A DNA stretch of 64,000 bases from Eledone cirrhosa (taxonomy: Eukaryota). Where the stretch lies: contig OZ024741.1 in NCBI GenBank assembly GCA_964016885.1, positions 136,524,001 through 136,588,000 on the forward strand, read 5' to 3'. Positions 1-15,758 of the stretch are shown piece after piece; position 1 is the first letter of the stretch; each line of letters opens with the position of its first letter. A model generated the notes under the pieces. The model saw only the letters and a list, made by a program, of their open reading frames with translations, did no database searches and was not told the origin of the DNA. The position numbers were made by a program, and so were the translations under genes.

Positions 1-4
1 TTAA

Positions 5-470
<466 letters not shown>

Positions 471-1142
471 TCTCATATGGATATTACATGAACATCTCTT
501 ACAAGGGAATAGAAGTGAGCCTATAATCCTAACAACAACATCCAGCCATTTTGGGAAATATTTTCAAATAATGATAAATCTCCTGAAACAATTTTTTTTA
601 GGGCCAAAGAATGTTTCTTTTAGAAATGCCTTTCATAACCTTATTGTTAAAAGTATCACAATTAAACGATAAATTATTTTCTGGCAGCAGCATTATAATT
701 GTCAACTCAAATCATTTTGAAGTTCGATAAAAAAGAATGTCTATATATTTGTAATTGCTTCTGTTTTAACGTGTCTACATATAACTTTATATGTATTCAA
801 ATGTTTTCTAAATATTTATACAAACAATTACTACAGTCTTACACATTACTTATTCCTATATATCATTTACTGGAAATTTGTAGCAAATGTGTTTCTTTTA
901 ATTTTCTACATCTACCCTACTTCAGTGTAGAACAATTGTATCTTACAATTGATAAAATTATATTCGGATGTGCTGATCTCTTTGACTATGTACTGTATTT
1001 ATATATATGTATATATATATATGATGATGATGATGATGATGTTTATATATACTCATGAAGTCATCAGCGAAGTATAGCTTTACATTAAATGCATGAGGTT
1101 TGATTATATCAAATATACCACTTTTTCCTAGGCCCCGTCTAC

Positions 1143-1201
<59 letters not shown>

Positions 1202-1265
1202 CTGTAGTACTTTGCACGTTAAATACATTCGTTTATTTCCTATTTAGCAACAAAAACCAAATCAA

Positions 1266-1341
<76 letters not shown>

Positions 1342-1344
<3 letters not shown>

Positions 1345-1423
1345 AAGTACCAGTAATGTACTGGGTAATTTGTTGGCCTTGTGCCTAGAGTAGAAACAAT
1401 TATTATTATTATTATTATTATTA
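1342..1423 (+). mobile_element. 3' fragment of tRNA-derived SINE with (ATT)n tail
   Basis: aaagtaccagtaatgtactgggt...ggccttgtgcctagagtagaaacaattattatt matches the 3' end of the SINE copies at 15199 and 33915. Confidence 0.75.
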
Positions 1424-2694
1424 GAAGTACTAAATCCGAAAGGCATTCAACAATTGTAGGCATTATAAATTACAGTCTTGGCTATTTCCTTCATATTTCT
1501 TATTAAATACACTCCATGTCCCACTCCATTTTGAATAAATTAATGGGCGTTGAATCCTTTTTTTAATTCATCTGATTCTATACATGATAAACTTATTGGC
1601 AATTAGTTACAAGCTGAAATATTTTCGATGTTTCGTGCTTTTTTTCAAATTAATTTCGAATATAATCTTAATTATTTTATTAACATTTGGAAAACAACAT
1701 CAAGAAGTCAATTTAAAATGAATATTTTAAAATATGATGACGTAAGTGATATTACATCAGAATTATTTCTCTTTTTATTTGTGTATTTATTACATTAATT
1801 ATAACATCAAAATTAATGATTCATTGCAATCTCACAGAGTAATATGAGCTTTCAATTTATTTTCTGTACGAGGTAGAATTCTTTAAACATTCTGGTAAAC
1901 ATTTAATAATCAAAACGTATGTCTAAATCTTTCCCTTTATATTGTTAGATTTCTTTCAGTAATTTAATGACATTTGAATGAAATTTAATGCCGTTAGATA
2001 TGTGGGTAATTTAATATGGAAGTCCTCTAATGACGTCCTCACGTGTCTGGATTAAAAGTAACATACTATTTGGCATAACAATGTTGTGTTGAAATATGTA
2101 AGGTGCCCCTTGTGGAAACCCTACAACATTCAATTAATTGCAGATTATTTTGTAAATGGAGGAAAATTGACTTATATTTATCAATTAAAGAAAGGGGTTC
2201 GTAGTATTTTTCAATATTTGAAATACTAAGTATTGGGGTGAAGCAAAAACATTAATAAACCTTAGTTAATGTCTCTTTTTTTCAGTTCAAATAGTACCTG
2301 GCTTATGTTTCATCATTTCAATTTATATTTTATTTAGAAAACACTGGTTTTTTCACACATAATTGTATAAGAAATAAAGAATTTGAAGGATTTTTTTTTC
2401 TGTTTATAAGTAAATCTAAACTTTTTAAATTTCATTTAAGTAATGACGGAAATAGCATTGTGAAATCAATGTGGTCTCCCAATTCAAATGATGTAGAAGT
2501 ATTTTTAAGACTGTTGTATTTTACACGAAAAGCTAAGACAACTAAGCAAAATTACGGTTGGCCATATATATTTGAGTTCCTATTTCAAACTCTCTTCTTG
2601 TTTTCTTTCTCCGTCTATGATTGTATTATATTTCCATTTCCCATATTTCTCTCTCCCTCCCTCTCTCTCTCTCTATCTCTCTCTCTCTTTCTCT

Positions 2695-2740
<46 letters not shown>

Positions 2741-3894
2741 ATTAAGAATTATATATGTAATTTTATGGCCGTTTTCCACAAACACGCATATATATATTAA
2801 CGCACGCACACACACACACACGCAGATGTATATATGGATACGTGTAGCTTTCTCTCTCTCCCTCTCCCACTTTCATTCTCTCTTATCAAATCCTATTCTA
2901 TCTATAAGTTATTAAGGGAAGAGTTTAGTTTTATGTATATTTGTTTCGCTTTTGGTTCATTGAAAACAATAACGTAATCTTTTTTATTTATTTCTCCGAT
3001 GATCTGTCTTTTGCAATAAATATTTTTGAATCATGTAAACTTGTCACATTAATTCAAGATGATAAAGCGTTCAAAAGTAAAACAATTCTGAGACTTTATT
3101 GCAGCCAAGGGTAATGTAACTTTCTTTTTTACACACGCTTCTATAAATCTCAGATTACATTTATTTCCAGAAATTCTGGAGAAGACAAATTATGAAATGA
3201 AATTCTATGATTTTCAGATCAAATGTATTTCCAGAAACTATGGAAAAGAAAAATAAGAAAGTAAATTTTATCTATCTCAGAGTAAATATGTCTCCAAAAT
3301 TTTGGAATATAATTCTGAAAAAATATGAAATGATCTTTAGTATTGGGTACAATCTGAATGTAAACCCAAGAACATGTGCTAGCATTGACAAATATTTTGT
3401 CGATATGACATCCATACATTAAAATGGTTCAAAACAAATGAAGAGATAACAAAGGATTAGAAAACTTAAAACAGTATAACAAATTATTTTCTTTATCAAT
3501 AAAATGTTAGTATAAATTATATTACTTCGTTGAAAATAGATATAAGCAACTAGCTAAACTTGAATAGATGCTACATATTACAATAAAGCACTGTCCAGCA
3601 AATAATTGTGACATTAAATAGCAGTTATTTTAATAAACTATATCATTAATTAGATTTTATTAATAGATTAATATATACGTTGATATATTGATGTGTGTAT
3701 GTGTGTATCTGTGTGCTAGTATTTTTTTTTTTCGTGAGATTGTGTATGCGATTGTATGCTTCTGTTTCTATATTATACTGGGAACGAAGAAAAGCGGGCA
3801 AAATGTGAAACACTTTATAAGTTCATATAACCGATGTATATCAGCTACTTAAGTATATACGTGTATAAATTTATACCTATATTTAGTAATATAT

Positions 3895-3938
<44 letters not shown>

Positions 3939-4168
3939 GTGTATGTACGTTAATGTATAAATATGTATATATATATATTTATATATATATATATGATTGC
4001 ATATACCAAAATATAGTTATATATAGAGGGAGAGAAAGAGAAAAAGTATTTATACACATATATTCGTAAATGCATATATATAATATATATCTGAGTACAA
4101 TAACGTTTATGTTTGAATACGCATATGTATATGTATCCTTCTCTCTCTCTAAATATATATATACATAT

Positions 4169-4239
<71 letters not shown>

Positions 4240-4306
4240 CATATATACATATATATATATATACATATATACATACATATATACATATATATATACGCAT
4301 ATATAT

Positions 4307-4343
<37 letters not shown>

Positions 4344-4395
4344 CGCATATATACATATATATACATATATATATACGCATATGTATATGTATATA

Positions 4396-4510
<115 letters not shown>

Positions 4511-5172
4511 ATATATGTATATATATGTATATATATGTATATATGTATATATGTATATATGTATATATGTATATATATATTTAGAGAGAGAGGGATACAT
4601 ATGCTGGTACTTCTATGTACGGGTTATGAGTGCGAGCTTCTGTATGTATGTATGCTTGTCATTCTGTGTATGCGTTTGAAAATTTGATTAAGCGTTTATG
4701 TGTATGAATTTCGTGTGTGTGCGTGCGTGTACGTGTATGTGCGTAATCCCGCACGTACGCTAATGTGTGCGTATACACATATGGAGCTGAATATCACATT
4801 GCTTAATACATACAAGATGCTTGTGGTATTTCCGCACTTTACTCCATTTAACTGTTTCGACAGTACAATATTCCTTACTAAATAATAATACTACACAAGA
4901 GAATAGTTTCTATAATTTTTAATACAGTATAATCTTCACTTTACTCAGCTTTCTTTATTAAGAGCAACGAAATATTTTTCACTTTTTGGCAAATTATTTT
5001 CATCTACTAACATGAACACCTCTCTCCAAATGATACAATTTGTCCGTTAAATTTAAAGACCTTTATGCATATATATATATATGCATATATGCATATGATA
5101 TACATTTACATACACCTACGTATATGCATATATATATATGTATAAATATGCGTGTATGTATATACGTATGTT

Positions 5173-5269
<97 letters not shown>

Positions 5270-6113
5270 ACGCATAATTCTCAGTGGTGATTCTAATATG
5301 TTCGTCTAGCCACAAAATACTTGAAACACATTTTGCCATTGCATATTCAACTTGTAATTCTATCAGTCTAACGGAACGGTTTCCGATAACTCTGTGTAAA
5401 AAATAAAATAATATATTGAAAATATGTTGCCTTTTTTTCTTTAATACTTATTTTCTTTTGATATACTTTAGATAAACGTACTGAAGGAATTTTACCTTCA
5501 ATTATAGCAAATCACAGAATGACATTTGGTGTTTTGCAATTTTCTTCTTTTTTTTTAGCTTTTGCAGCTTAAATTTCTTCGTACTATTACCTATGGAATA
5601 CTAGTCCCTTAATAACTTTCTATAGCTAACAGGAACTGAATCATTTTCGTTCTTCAAACTCTCGAAGAATTCTAGCTTTCAGTTTAGCCAGGTTTAGTTT
5701 TATGCTATAAATAATTACCATGAGTTGAATTTATGCCAAAATATAGTTAGAATTTTTTTTATATTTATCATCTTACATTTATAATAACACTACAGTCAAT
5801 TTTTCAATACATAGAAAAGAAATATTATTACAATAAGTAATTCTGGAGTAGTTCACTTTCATAATATATAGTTATATTTATTTATCTGCTGATCTATAAT
5901 AGAATTTCAAATTACGAAGATTTATTGACAAAGAACACTTATGTTCATGAAGAGTTGATACCTCAACCTCAATTTTTTGTCATTTGACGATGCAAATTTA
6001 CTTCATTTACACTGCTAATGCATTTGGAAAAAGCATCAACGTTATTACTTCTCATACAATTTCTTTATCTAAAATATAGATAATTTGAATCGGGCCTAAG
6101 ACTTTATTACTAA

Positions 6114-6230
<117 letters not shown>

Positions 6231-7979
6231 CATCATTATTAGGGGGAAAAGTATGATGTTGATGGGAAGGAGTGATGGAGGAGAAGCAGGGTGTGTGGAA
6301 TATGGGGTGCTGGATGAAATATCTTGTGTTTGAGTAAGGCACCGTCTTTGTACATCACAATAAAATATGTTCCCAGTGAACCACACCCAGGTTTGGGTTT
6401 TCAGTATAAAACGTTGGTTTCTCTTCCGTTTCTCATTTTGTTTGGAAATTTATAAACTTCAAGGTCCCGCATTTCCCTGCTCCTCTTCAGTATCAATTCT
6501 CCAGCAGATGAAAAGTAAAAAAAGAAAACAATGCTAGTACTTCAACTATAAAATTCTTTAATACATACAACATTAAAGAGGTGATGAAAATCTGTAAATA
6601 TCAAGAATTCTATTATGTAACATATATCTCACTACAACAGCATCAAAACATAGTTTAGCATCGCAATTTAACAAAAATAAACATTAATATTTTATTAATA
6701 CATAATATAGTAACAAATACCTTAAGCTATTAGATAGATTTAATTATATCTAAGTGACATGGCATTTAATTCTATGTTTTTATTTTTTATTTTTATTCTT
6801 ATTTTTTGTTTACTGAACTGAGTTTAAGTTCCAACAATTTTACATATTTTCAATAATGCTTTCACTGGTTCCACTAAATAAATTAATATGAATATTTGGT
6901 TGTTATGTTTTTTCTCAGGAAACTTATTTAATAATTTATGGAGAGGACTGTTGTATATTATTTATGAAAAAAGCAGTTTTAATTTGCATAGAAAGGAGAA
7001 TATTTTTTAATGTTTTTAATGACGTAATCGGTAAATCAGTGGCTTGACTGTTCCATCCTGCTATTGGCAAATTTATAAACTATCACATGTTGTACATCAC
7101 CAATTTCCATAAAGTATGACTAGTTCTGTTTCAATAAAAGTTATTCACCATTATTGATATATTTGTCTTTTTCTTAATTGTTTCAGTAAATTTACCTACA
7201 ATATCACAAACAGTGTTGTTGTTTTTTTTGTTTTTTTGTTTTTTTTTTTGTATTATATGGAAATGAGCCATTGTGAAAATGATTCAATTACCAAATCTAT
7301 AAGAGGTTATATACGTCAGTACCTCAGTATAGTAAGTAAAGCATTGCAGATGAATGATAACAAACATTAAATACATATATAATGCTCTGTTACACGGATA
7401 CTAGAGTCATTATGATATGATCACAGCTTAAAAGATTCTGACTGAGACATATGAATGCTTAATATACATAAATATATTGTTTATGGGATCATATATGCCT
7501 GCACAGTAAAGTTGTGTATGTATTTTTTTAACAAACTCTTTGCACCAAGATATGCATTAAGCTTATAAACAACCGACGGAAGAACCCCATTTTGGCTGCT
7601 AGTATTCGCGATAGTATTCTTTCGGTCATTATCATTTGATATATACATTTGATCTGAAAATCATAGAATTTCATTTCATGACCATAGGTGAGGATTAGCA
7701 CGAATACAGAATTGAAGCGAGTTTAGCTTTTGCACTTACCTCCCTTCTGCTAATGACCGAATGTTAGAGCTGGCATATTACTACTCCAGTTCCTGCAATT
7801 CTTGCACTTAATTCAACAAAGAAGGAGGCTAACATAACTTGGTTTCTAAATAAGTTCTCCTTGCATATTATATATACTAGTAGACCACCCGGGATCCGTT
7901 GGATCACGTTCGCTTAAAAATATTTTTTTTTAAATCATGTTCACTTAAAAATAATTTTTAAATAATTAAAATATACGCA

Positions 7980-8051
<72 letters not shown>

Positions 8052-8149
8052 AAAATGAAATTGTATGGCCCATATATATATATATATATATATGGGGTCT
8101 CTGACACTGGTGACAGGCATCCACATACACACACACACACATACATATC

Positions 8150-9280
8150 CTGGATGTCACACTCAATTTAAACTCTGGTTTGATTAAACCGTTTCATAAA
8201 TTGAATGAAAATCTCAAATACGTAAATGTTGGGTCTAACCACCCCATCTCTATAATTAAATCTATCCCTAAAAATATTTCACTTAGAATCTCGGGTCTAT
8301 CTTCTAACATACAAGTATTTAAGGAACACGCCGAGCACTACGATAACGCCCTTAGTAAAGCAGGCTACCTCAACAAAATAGAGTACATAGATGGGAACAA
8401 TCAAAACACCCAAAATAAATCCCACATAGGTAGATATAATAACACAACACCAAACCACACTTACTACCATAGTATGCACACCAGTAAACCAACAAACAAA
8501 ACTAATAGAAAGCGATGCAAAGAGTACTTATGGTATAACCCCGAATACAATAGTTCCATTAGTACAAATTTACCAGTACTCTTCTTTAAAATAATTAAAA
8601 GACATTTTCCCACATCACACAAATACCACAAAATCCTAAACCCTACCACTATAAGACTGTCATACTCTACAGCGTTAAACCTTGAACAACACATAAAAAA
8701 GATCAATACTAGAAGGTTAAACGAAAACACTAAGAACTTAAGTACAAAGAACACAAAAAAAACAGTAGACAATACACTACAGAACATAAATAAACCACAC
8801 CTAAGTTCGTCCGCAATACTACTCCAGAGAAAACCCAACGTACACAACTGTAACTGCACCTATCCTGACAACTGCCCCCTCGGCAATAACTGCCTGGAAA
8901 AAAATATTATTTATAAGTGTACCATTAAATCCGGAGGCAACGAGTGGTATTACGTGGGATCAACGGCAACATCGTTTAAATCTCGATTGTATAGGCATTC
9001 TTACTCAATAAAACACCAGAGCCAAAGAAATGTAACAACTTTAGCAGAAAAAGCTTGGACGCTCAGGGATAGCGATCAAAAGTTTACCCTAAAATGGGAG
9101 AAATTAGCTAAAACCCAAAGCTTTTCCAGGAGCCAAAATTTCTGCAAATTGTGTAATCTTGAGATTTATTACATAATCACACACAAGAAGAAACTGCTGA
9201 ATAACAGAATTGAACGAACATTATTCTGCCGTCACAGAACTAAAACCCTTTTTTCCCACTACAAGCCGAATATTACATAA
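8150..9280 (+). CDS. Penelope-like RT thumb/linker + GIY-YIG endonuclease (N-terminally truncated)
   Basis: LDVTLNL...YVNVGSNHP..IIKSIP RT C-terminus; CNCTYPDNCPLGNNC Cys linker; IIYKC..YYVGST..FKSR..H GIY-YIG core; CKLCNLE; CRH. Confidence 0.85.
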   Translation: MDVTLNLNSGLIKPFHKLNENLKYVNVGSNHPISIIKSIPKNISLRISGLSSNIQVFKEHAEHYDNALSKAGYLNKIEYIDGNNQNTQNKSHIGRYNNTTPNHTYYHSMHTSKPTNKTNRKRCKEYLWYNPEYNSSISTNLPVLFFKIIKRHFPTSHKYHKILNPTTIRLSYSTALNLEQHIKKINTRRLNENTKNLSTKNTKKTVDNTLQNINKPHLSSSAILLQRKPNVHNCNCTYPDNCPLGNNCLEKNIIYKCTIKSGGNEWYYVGSTATSFKSRLYRHSYSIKHQSQRNVTTLAEKAWTLRDSDQKFTLKWEKLAKTQSFSRSQNFCKLCNLEIYYIITHKKKLLNNRIERTLFCRHRTKTLFSHYKPNIT

Positions 9281-9586
9281 AAGAGGGACATCCCCCAACT
9301 ATATAAACATTAATCTAGCTAGAAAAATATAAAAACAATCTCTTCTCAACATATATTAATAACCTTAAATTACCACACTAATAATGGAAAGATATGCTGA
9401 TGAGAATAGGTGCAAATATGCGATAATGAATGTGTCTAAAAACGTCCATAAGTATGTATATATATGTGAAAATGTATATAAATAAGTAAATATATATATA
9501 TGTTTGATGTGTATAGTTAGATGTAAGTGTATTCATGTATTAAAGTGCTTATATATATATGTATATATATGTGTATATGTGTGTGT

Positions 9587-9642
<56 letters not shown>

Positions 9643-10211
9643 GTATGTGTATGTATATATGTGTATATAGATGTGTATGTATGTGTATGTGTGTACACAT
9701 GGACTAGAGTAAGTATGTATATATGTGTGTGTCTATACGTGTGTATATAAAGATAAGTTGAGTATGAAAATGTATACACATGAGCGCGTATGTATGTACA
9801 TGAATACATGTGTGTATATATATGTGTATGCATGTGTATATATATGTAAGTATGAATATGTGAATTGTGAGTATATGTATTTTGTAGAGGTGTGCAAATA
9901 TATGTGTGTGTGAATGCGTGGGTGAAAGGATACGTACACTTGAAAGAAAAATTTAAGTCTGAATGTTAATTAAGTGCAAACACAAAACCAACCACGCATA
10001 TCTTTACTATCTCTAATCCTTCTATAGATTTAGAAAAATAACCAATAATATATTCTATAAAAAATGTCAAAACAACAGATGGGAATCTAATTACTCACTG
10101 CCACCAAGAATTCTCACTGCTAACGAAAAACCACTCCTTCAACTATTCTTCTAACAACTTCACCCCTCCCTCCTAATATTCTCTATAAAAACTAAATAGG
10201 TCCTCAGTAAT

Positions 10212-10333
10212 ATTATTCTGATGAAATGACAGTAAATAATAACATTGAAATATTGAATGTCTGCATAACTAAAAGTTTGTAGATAGCAGCTGTTTTAGGT
10301 TATGTAACTGTTATAGAAACACGTGTCAATAAA
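10212..10333 (+). ncRNA. Type I hammerhead ribozyme motif (Penelope-associated, extended stem II)
   Basis: CTGATGA at 10218, GAAAC at 10316, palindromic stem III ACACGTGT, GTC cleavage triplet at 10325-10327, stem I ttatt/aataa, stem II atgacagt/actgttat. Confidence 0.6.
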
Positions 10334-10388
10334 TTCCTTTCAACTAAACTGTATTCATTCAAATCTTTCTATATATATATGTGTGTGT

Positions 10389-10481
<93 letters not shown>

Positions 10482-10623
10482 CGGATCTAGCTGTCGAAAC
10501 GGCAGGAGCTCAGCCGTCGGGGTCCTGACTCTTTCCCTATTACCTACTCTACTACCCGAAGTATTGAGTACTCTGGTGCGTTATGGTCCACCTGGTATCT
10601 TATGACACCCTCTTTGTTCTTTG

Positions 10624-10662
<39 letters not shown>

Positions 10663-10989
10663 ACATCATCACCAGCTCTCCCTCTCTATCTATCTATCTC
10701 TCTCTCTCTCTCTTCCATTTTCCTTCTCTGTCTCCTCTCTCTCTCTCTCTCTCTATGTCTCTTTTCCAATCTACCCTCACAAAACCACTATCTCTTTCTC
10801 CCTATTTATGAAGGTACCCTGAAAAAACCCCGTATCTCGAGGACCTGTGCTCCGATTTACGCGAGACTTGTTTTATTTCATTTGTATTCCCATTTCAGGA
10901 TCAACTTACTTTCAAAGTATTTTCCCATTATGCGCCGTTTTGGCTGTATTACATTACAGACAAGCACACAATCACACAGAGTTTTAGTA

Positions 10990-11044
<55 letters not shown>

Positions 11045-12859
11045 ACGGGCGGTGGTTCCATTTTTCGAACAACTGGAACATTCTTCGTTGTAACGGATGG
11101 AGGATCAACACGCTCAACAGATACTACCGTCACAACCATGCGTAAAATTTACGCCGACAGCAATTTTGAACGTTCCCCTTTTTTTAATAACGCTATTTTT
11201 TATTTCCATTACAAATGATATAAGAAAAGCATGAATGCCACAATCTTCATTCATTCATTCACTCACTTCTAGTCAATCCGTTTGATGACCCTTTAATAAA
11301 TTATAATCTCTGAGTCGTGTTATAACAAGGAAATATTTTTTTCATCACATCACACCAGTCTACATGATAAAACTGTTGACAAGAATAAATCTTTCCTTCG
11401 TTTTATTTTTATCTTATATTTATATTTCAGTTTTCTTTTCACGTTTTCTTTTTATATTTTATGCTAATTTTCCCACTTCTATATCTTTTTTTACTTTTAC
11501 TCTATTTTATTTATTTATTTATTCGTTTATTTATTAATATATTTATTTATTGGAGGAATGGGTTTTAATGCTGTGAAATATCTTTTCATCGTTTGTTATT
11601 CAAATTATCAGTCATATCTCTCTGTATACTTGCTATAAAGCAAATATTTTTCTGTGAATCAGAAAGTGCTCTTTAAATTTCTGACAACACTAGAACTACA
11701 GCAACAAAAACCATTTCTTATCTAAGAAAATAGAATTATCTAAGTAGTATTTTAGCACTGCTCTTGGAAATATCTTTTTCCTGATCTGCGCTAAATAAAC
11801 TATAGGATCAATATTCTGATAATATCATATCTGAACGGATGAGCACTGACCAGACAGAAATATAAAAGGAAAAAAAATTCCATTGAAACAATGAAACAAA
11901 AGAGAGAATGTTTGCCAAACAAGTTTTAAGAGATGATTTATGGATGTAGTTGTTGCAGCACGCTTCTTAGAAGATATTACGATCGATTATGTTTCTTCTG
12001 AACAATAAGACAAATATTCTTCTGATTCCGATATGACACAAATTCAATATCAAATATCAATTGACTATTGGATTCAAGAGTGTATATTCAGAAGATCTTA
12101 ATTGTGGGCTATAATTGATCTAGAATTAGCCTTCTAGTTTAGTCAGTGAAGATATGGAAAAGTTATTTTCTGAAGGAGCAGTAATGCTGCAATATTACTA
12201 ACTCACCAGCCATTTTTGTATTAAATTGGTTTCTTGGATTTCTTTTTCTTTTACCGCTTAACAAAACATTCTTGAAAATTGCAAAACTAGGTGCATGACT
12301 GCATTAAATTAAATGTTCAAGTCCTTCCGCTGATATTTCAACTTTTCACAATCATCTGTCGACCATTAAAGGTTTCATAAACTTATGAATTAACAAACTA
12401 CATGAAACTCCATTAGCAAAACATTATTGAAAAATACAGAACAGCACTGTAACTGCTACACATGTTAAATTAATGTCTTTACAATTTTTTCAGTGATCGG
12501 TCCATTCGTAAAGATAATATAATTATTTGAATTTACAAACTCGTTTTTACATATTCTAATATTTAATTACCACACCAACGAAACATTATTGGAAAACACA
12601 AACAGCCCTATGATTGCATCACATTTACATTTAAAGTATTTACTCTAAAACTACAAATATTCTCAATTATCTGTCCACTAGTATAGATACTATAAACATT
12701 TGAATTAAAATTCAACAGGGAAACGAATGTATTCATATGACCAAACAATTAGTTCTAATAGTATAGTTTACTGAAATACTGTGAGGTATGTCGTTATGTT
12801 TATATTTTTCATGAAATACCATAAACAGAATACGTGGAATTTATAATGATGAGTTAGTG

Positions 12860-14090
12860 ATATTGAGTTATGTAGTAAGGGTAGATGATGTCCGTAGTGA
12901 AGGTAAGTAATATCTGTAGTAAAGAGGTTATCTGCTTGTCTCTTTAGTAAAGTTAGGGGATATTTGAAGTAAAGTTAGGTTATATCTGTAGTAACGTTAG
13001 ATGCTATCCTTAGAAAAGTTAGGTGATGTCTGTAGTAAAGTTAGATGGTATACTTAGAAAAGTTATGTGATATCATTAGTAAAGGTAGATGATATCTGGA
13101 GTAAACATAGGTGATATTTATTGTAAAGTTAAGTGTATCTGTAGTAAAGTAGGTAATATCTGTAGTGTAGAAAATATGAGATCTCTGTAGGTAATACCTG
13201 TATGTGATATAAGTAGTAAATTAGATGATGTCAGGAGTGTAGTATGGGATATCTGGAGTATGATAAAGTATGTGATATCTGCAGTATAGTAAAGTATGAT
13301 ATCTGTAGTAAAGGTGATATCTGAATGTGATAAATATAATTGTAGAAAAGTAAGTGATCCCTATAACAAAATATATATCTGTGGTGTAGTCAAATATGCG
13401 ATGTCTATAGTAAGATAGATAATATCTATATGTGTAGTAAAATAAGTGGTATCTATATATGTAGTAAAATATGATATCTATAGTAATTATGTGATATTTG
13501 TAGTAAGATAGGTGATATCTGTAGTAAAGTATGTGATGTCTGTAGTAAGATAGGTGATATCGACAGTAAGTATGTGATATATGTAGTAACATAGGTGATA
13601 TCTGTAGTAAAATAGGTGATATCCGTATGTGTAGTAAAGTATGTAATATCTATGATGTAGTAAAGTATGTGATATTTATAGTAAGATAGGTGATATCTGT
13701 CATGTAGTAAATTATGTCATATTTATTATAACAGGTGATATCTGTAGTATAATAAAACTATTTCATATATGATATCTATAGTAAGATAAGGTGAAATCTG
13801 CAGTGTATGCGATATCTATAGTAAGATATGAGATATCTAAGTAAAATAGTTCATATATGTAGTGTAGTAAAGTATGTGATATATGTAGTATGTAGTGTCT
13901 GTGGTAAAGTATTTGATATCTACAGTAGAATATATGATATATATTTGCAGTGTAGTAGTATGTGGTATCTGTAGCAAAATATGTGATATCTATAGTAAAG
14001 TATGTGATATTTGTAGCAAAGAATGTGATATCTATAGTAAAGTATGTGATATCTGTATGAGCAGTAAAATATGTAATGTATGTTGTAAAG
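12860..14090 (+). repeat. Degenerate ~21-bp tandem minisatellite (consensus ~GATATCTGTAGTAAAGTATGT)
   Basis: Recurrent gatatctgtagtaaag core with many indels over about 1.2 kb. Confidence 0.85.
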
Positions 14091-14116
14091 CCGTTAATGG
14101 TGACAGTTATTCTACA

Positions 14117-14297
14117 TAATTGTTTCTACTTTTGGGACAAGGCCAGCAATTACCCAGTACATTACTGGTACTTTATTTTATCGACCCCGTAAGGATGAAA
14201 GGCAAAGTTAACCTCGGCGGGATTTGAACTCAGATCATAAAGGGACGTAACTATATGCTTCAAAGCATGGTGTCCGACTCTCTACCGATAATGCCAA
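14117..14297 (-). mobile_element. tRNA-derived SINE, near full length
   Basis: Reverse-complement match to the 15199-15385 copy, with a B box (gagttcaaatccc) on the minus strand. Confidence 0.85.
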
Positions 14298-15198
14298 ATG
14301 CTAGTTGGAATGATCATTCCAATTGTATTGGCTCCAGACAGTTTTATCACGTCTGTTGCCGGCCATGACCATCAATATTTCTAAAATTATCTTTTCTCTT
14401 CCTTGTTAATCCATATATTGCGTTAAATGAAGTATACATTATGTCTCTTGGCTTCAATAATCACGAGAAAGCAAGATTAAACGCAATATTTGGCGGTAGT
14501 TTTGGATTCCTATTCCTACAATTCTTCTACGATTCTATGCATAAATTGCTGTGTCTTCGACTGTTTCAATTTTCAGTCAACGCAATTGGTTTAAAGTTAC
14601 CGTTCTAACTATTCAAATACATTTGTTTGTCACGCTATTTCAAATAAAGGTTATTTGAATATTTCAAATAGAGGGAAAATATTTCCAGTTGATTTGCTAA
14701 AAGTTGATAGCAGTCATATCTATGCTAAATGGTGTTTACTAGTTACGACAGTACTTCGACACTAAAACCGTTCGAGGGGTCAAAACAGAAACTATTTTTG
14801 CTTGAATCACTCGACTGGTTGATTCTTCACTAAATAAAAAAAGAGAGGAAACTTCACTAAATAAGTGAGAGATGGAATATTTTGTGAAATAAATTATCTG
14901 TAAGAAAAATTCATTTTTATTTGCATCTACTTTATATATTGTTTTACTTGTTCCAACCGGCTGGCTTAGGCCATGCTGGGGCACTACCATTTATTTATTT
15001 ATTTACTTATCTATTTATTTATTTACTTATCTACTTATTTGTTTATTGTCCTACTCAGTTTCGATATGTAGATCATGAAAGTATTTTTGTCTTAATTTTC
15101 ATAATTTGTGTTCATGACAAATATATCCAAATTAACCATTCTTGTATACATCATCAACATAGTTAATTTAGTTTGTAATTATATGACTATATTGTACA

Positions 15199-15385
15199 GT
15201 GGATTGGCAGTATCAGTAGAGGGTCGGACGCCATGCTATCCAGCATAGTTACGTCCCTTTACGATCTGAGTTCAAATCCCGCCGAGGTTGACTTTGTTTT
15301 TCATCCTTACGGGGTCGATAAAATAAAGTACCAGTAATACACTGGGTGATTGCTGGCCTTGTGCCTAAAGTAGAAACAGTTATTA
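15199..15385 (+). mobile_element. tRNA-derived SINE, full length
   Basis: A-box-like tggcagtatcagtagag, B box gagttcaaatccc, body ttcatccttacggggtcgataaaataaagtaccagt, and a (TTA) tail. Five related copies in the window. Confidence 0.85.
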
Positions 15386-15758
15386 CACCATTTTTAGGTG
15401 GTAGTCTGAAGGAGAGTTTGGCTACTATTTATAGAGGCTCTCTCTGGTTAGTTGAAAGAAGCACAACTGTCACAATTCCTTTCCTTAAATATCTGAGATA
15501 CATTCTTCTTCTTATTATTATTATTATTATTATTATTATTGTTGTTGTTGGTGAAGCCACGCTTCTTATCGCCTCCAGTCTTTTTCAACGTTTTACCTCT
15601 TTTTCAACCGTTCTAAACCTTTTATTCAAGTTTTAAATTTGATAAAAGTTTAGAAGTGACCCACCTAATACAGGGGTTCACTAGTAAATAATACGGCACC
15701 CCTTTACGGGGTGTCATATTCGTATTTGTGTAAAAATATTTTTTTGAAAAATTTCAAC

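Larger units (their letters stand above)
8148..10370 (+). mobile_element. 5'-truncated Penelope-like element (RT C-terminus + GIY-YIG endonuclease, hammerhead-bearing 3' region)
   Basis: ORF with PLE-type motifs, followed by hammerhead motifs at about 9391-9450 and 10212-10333 and an AATAAA. The 3' boundary is approximate. Confidence 0.8.

Noticed and set aside
6395-6500. Minus-strand CTGAAGA...GAAAC hammerhead candidate
   Set aside because: Stems I and II do not pair convincingly.
7735-7800. Possible minus-strand host exon (cag...gag|gtaagt)
   Set aside because: Stops in all three frames and no partner exons identified.
10808-11295. Possible Tc1/mariner remnant
   Set aside because: No convincing TIR pair or transposase motif visible.
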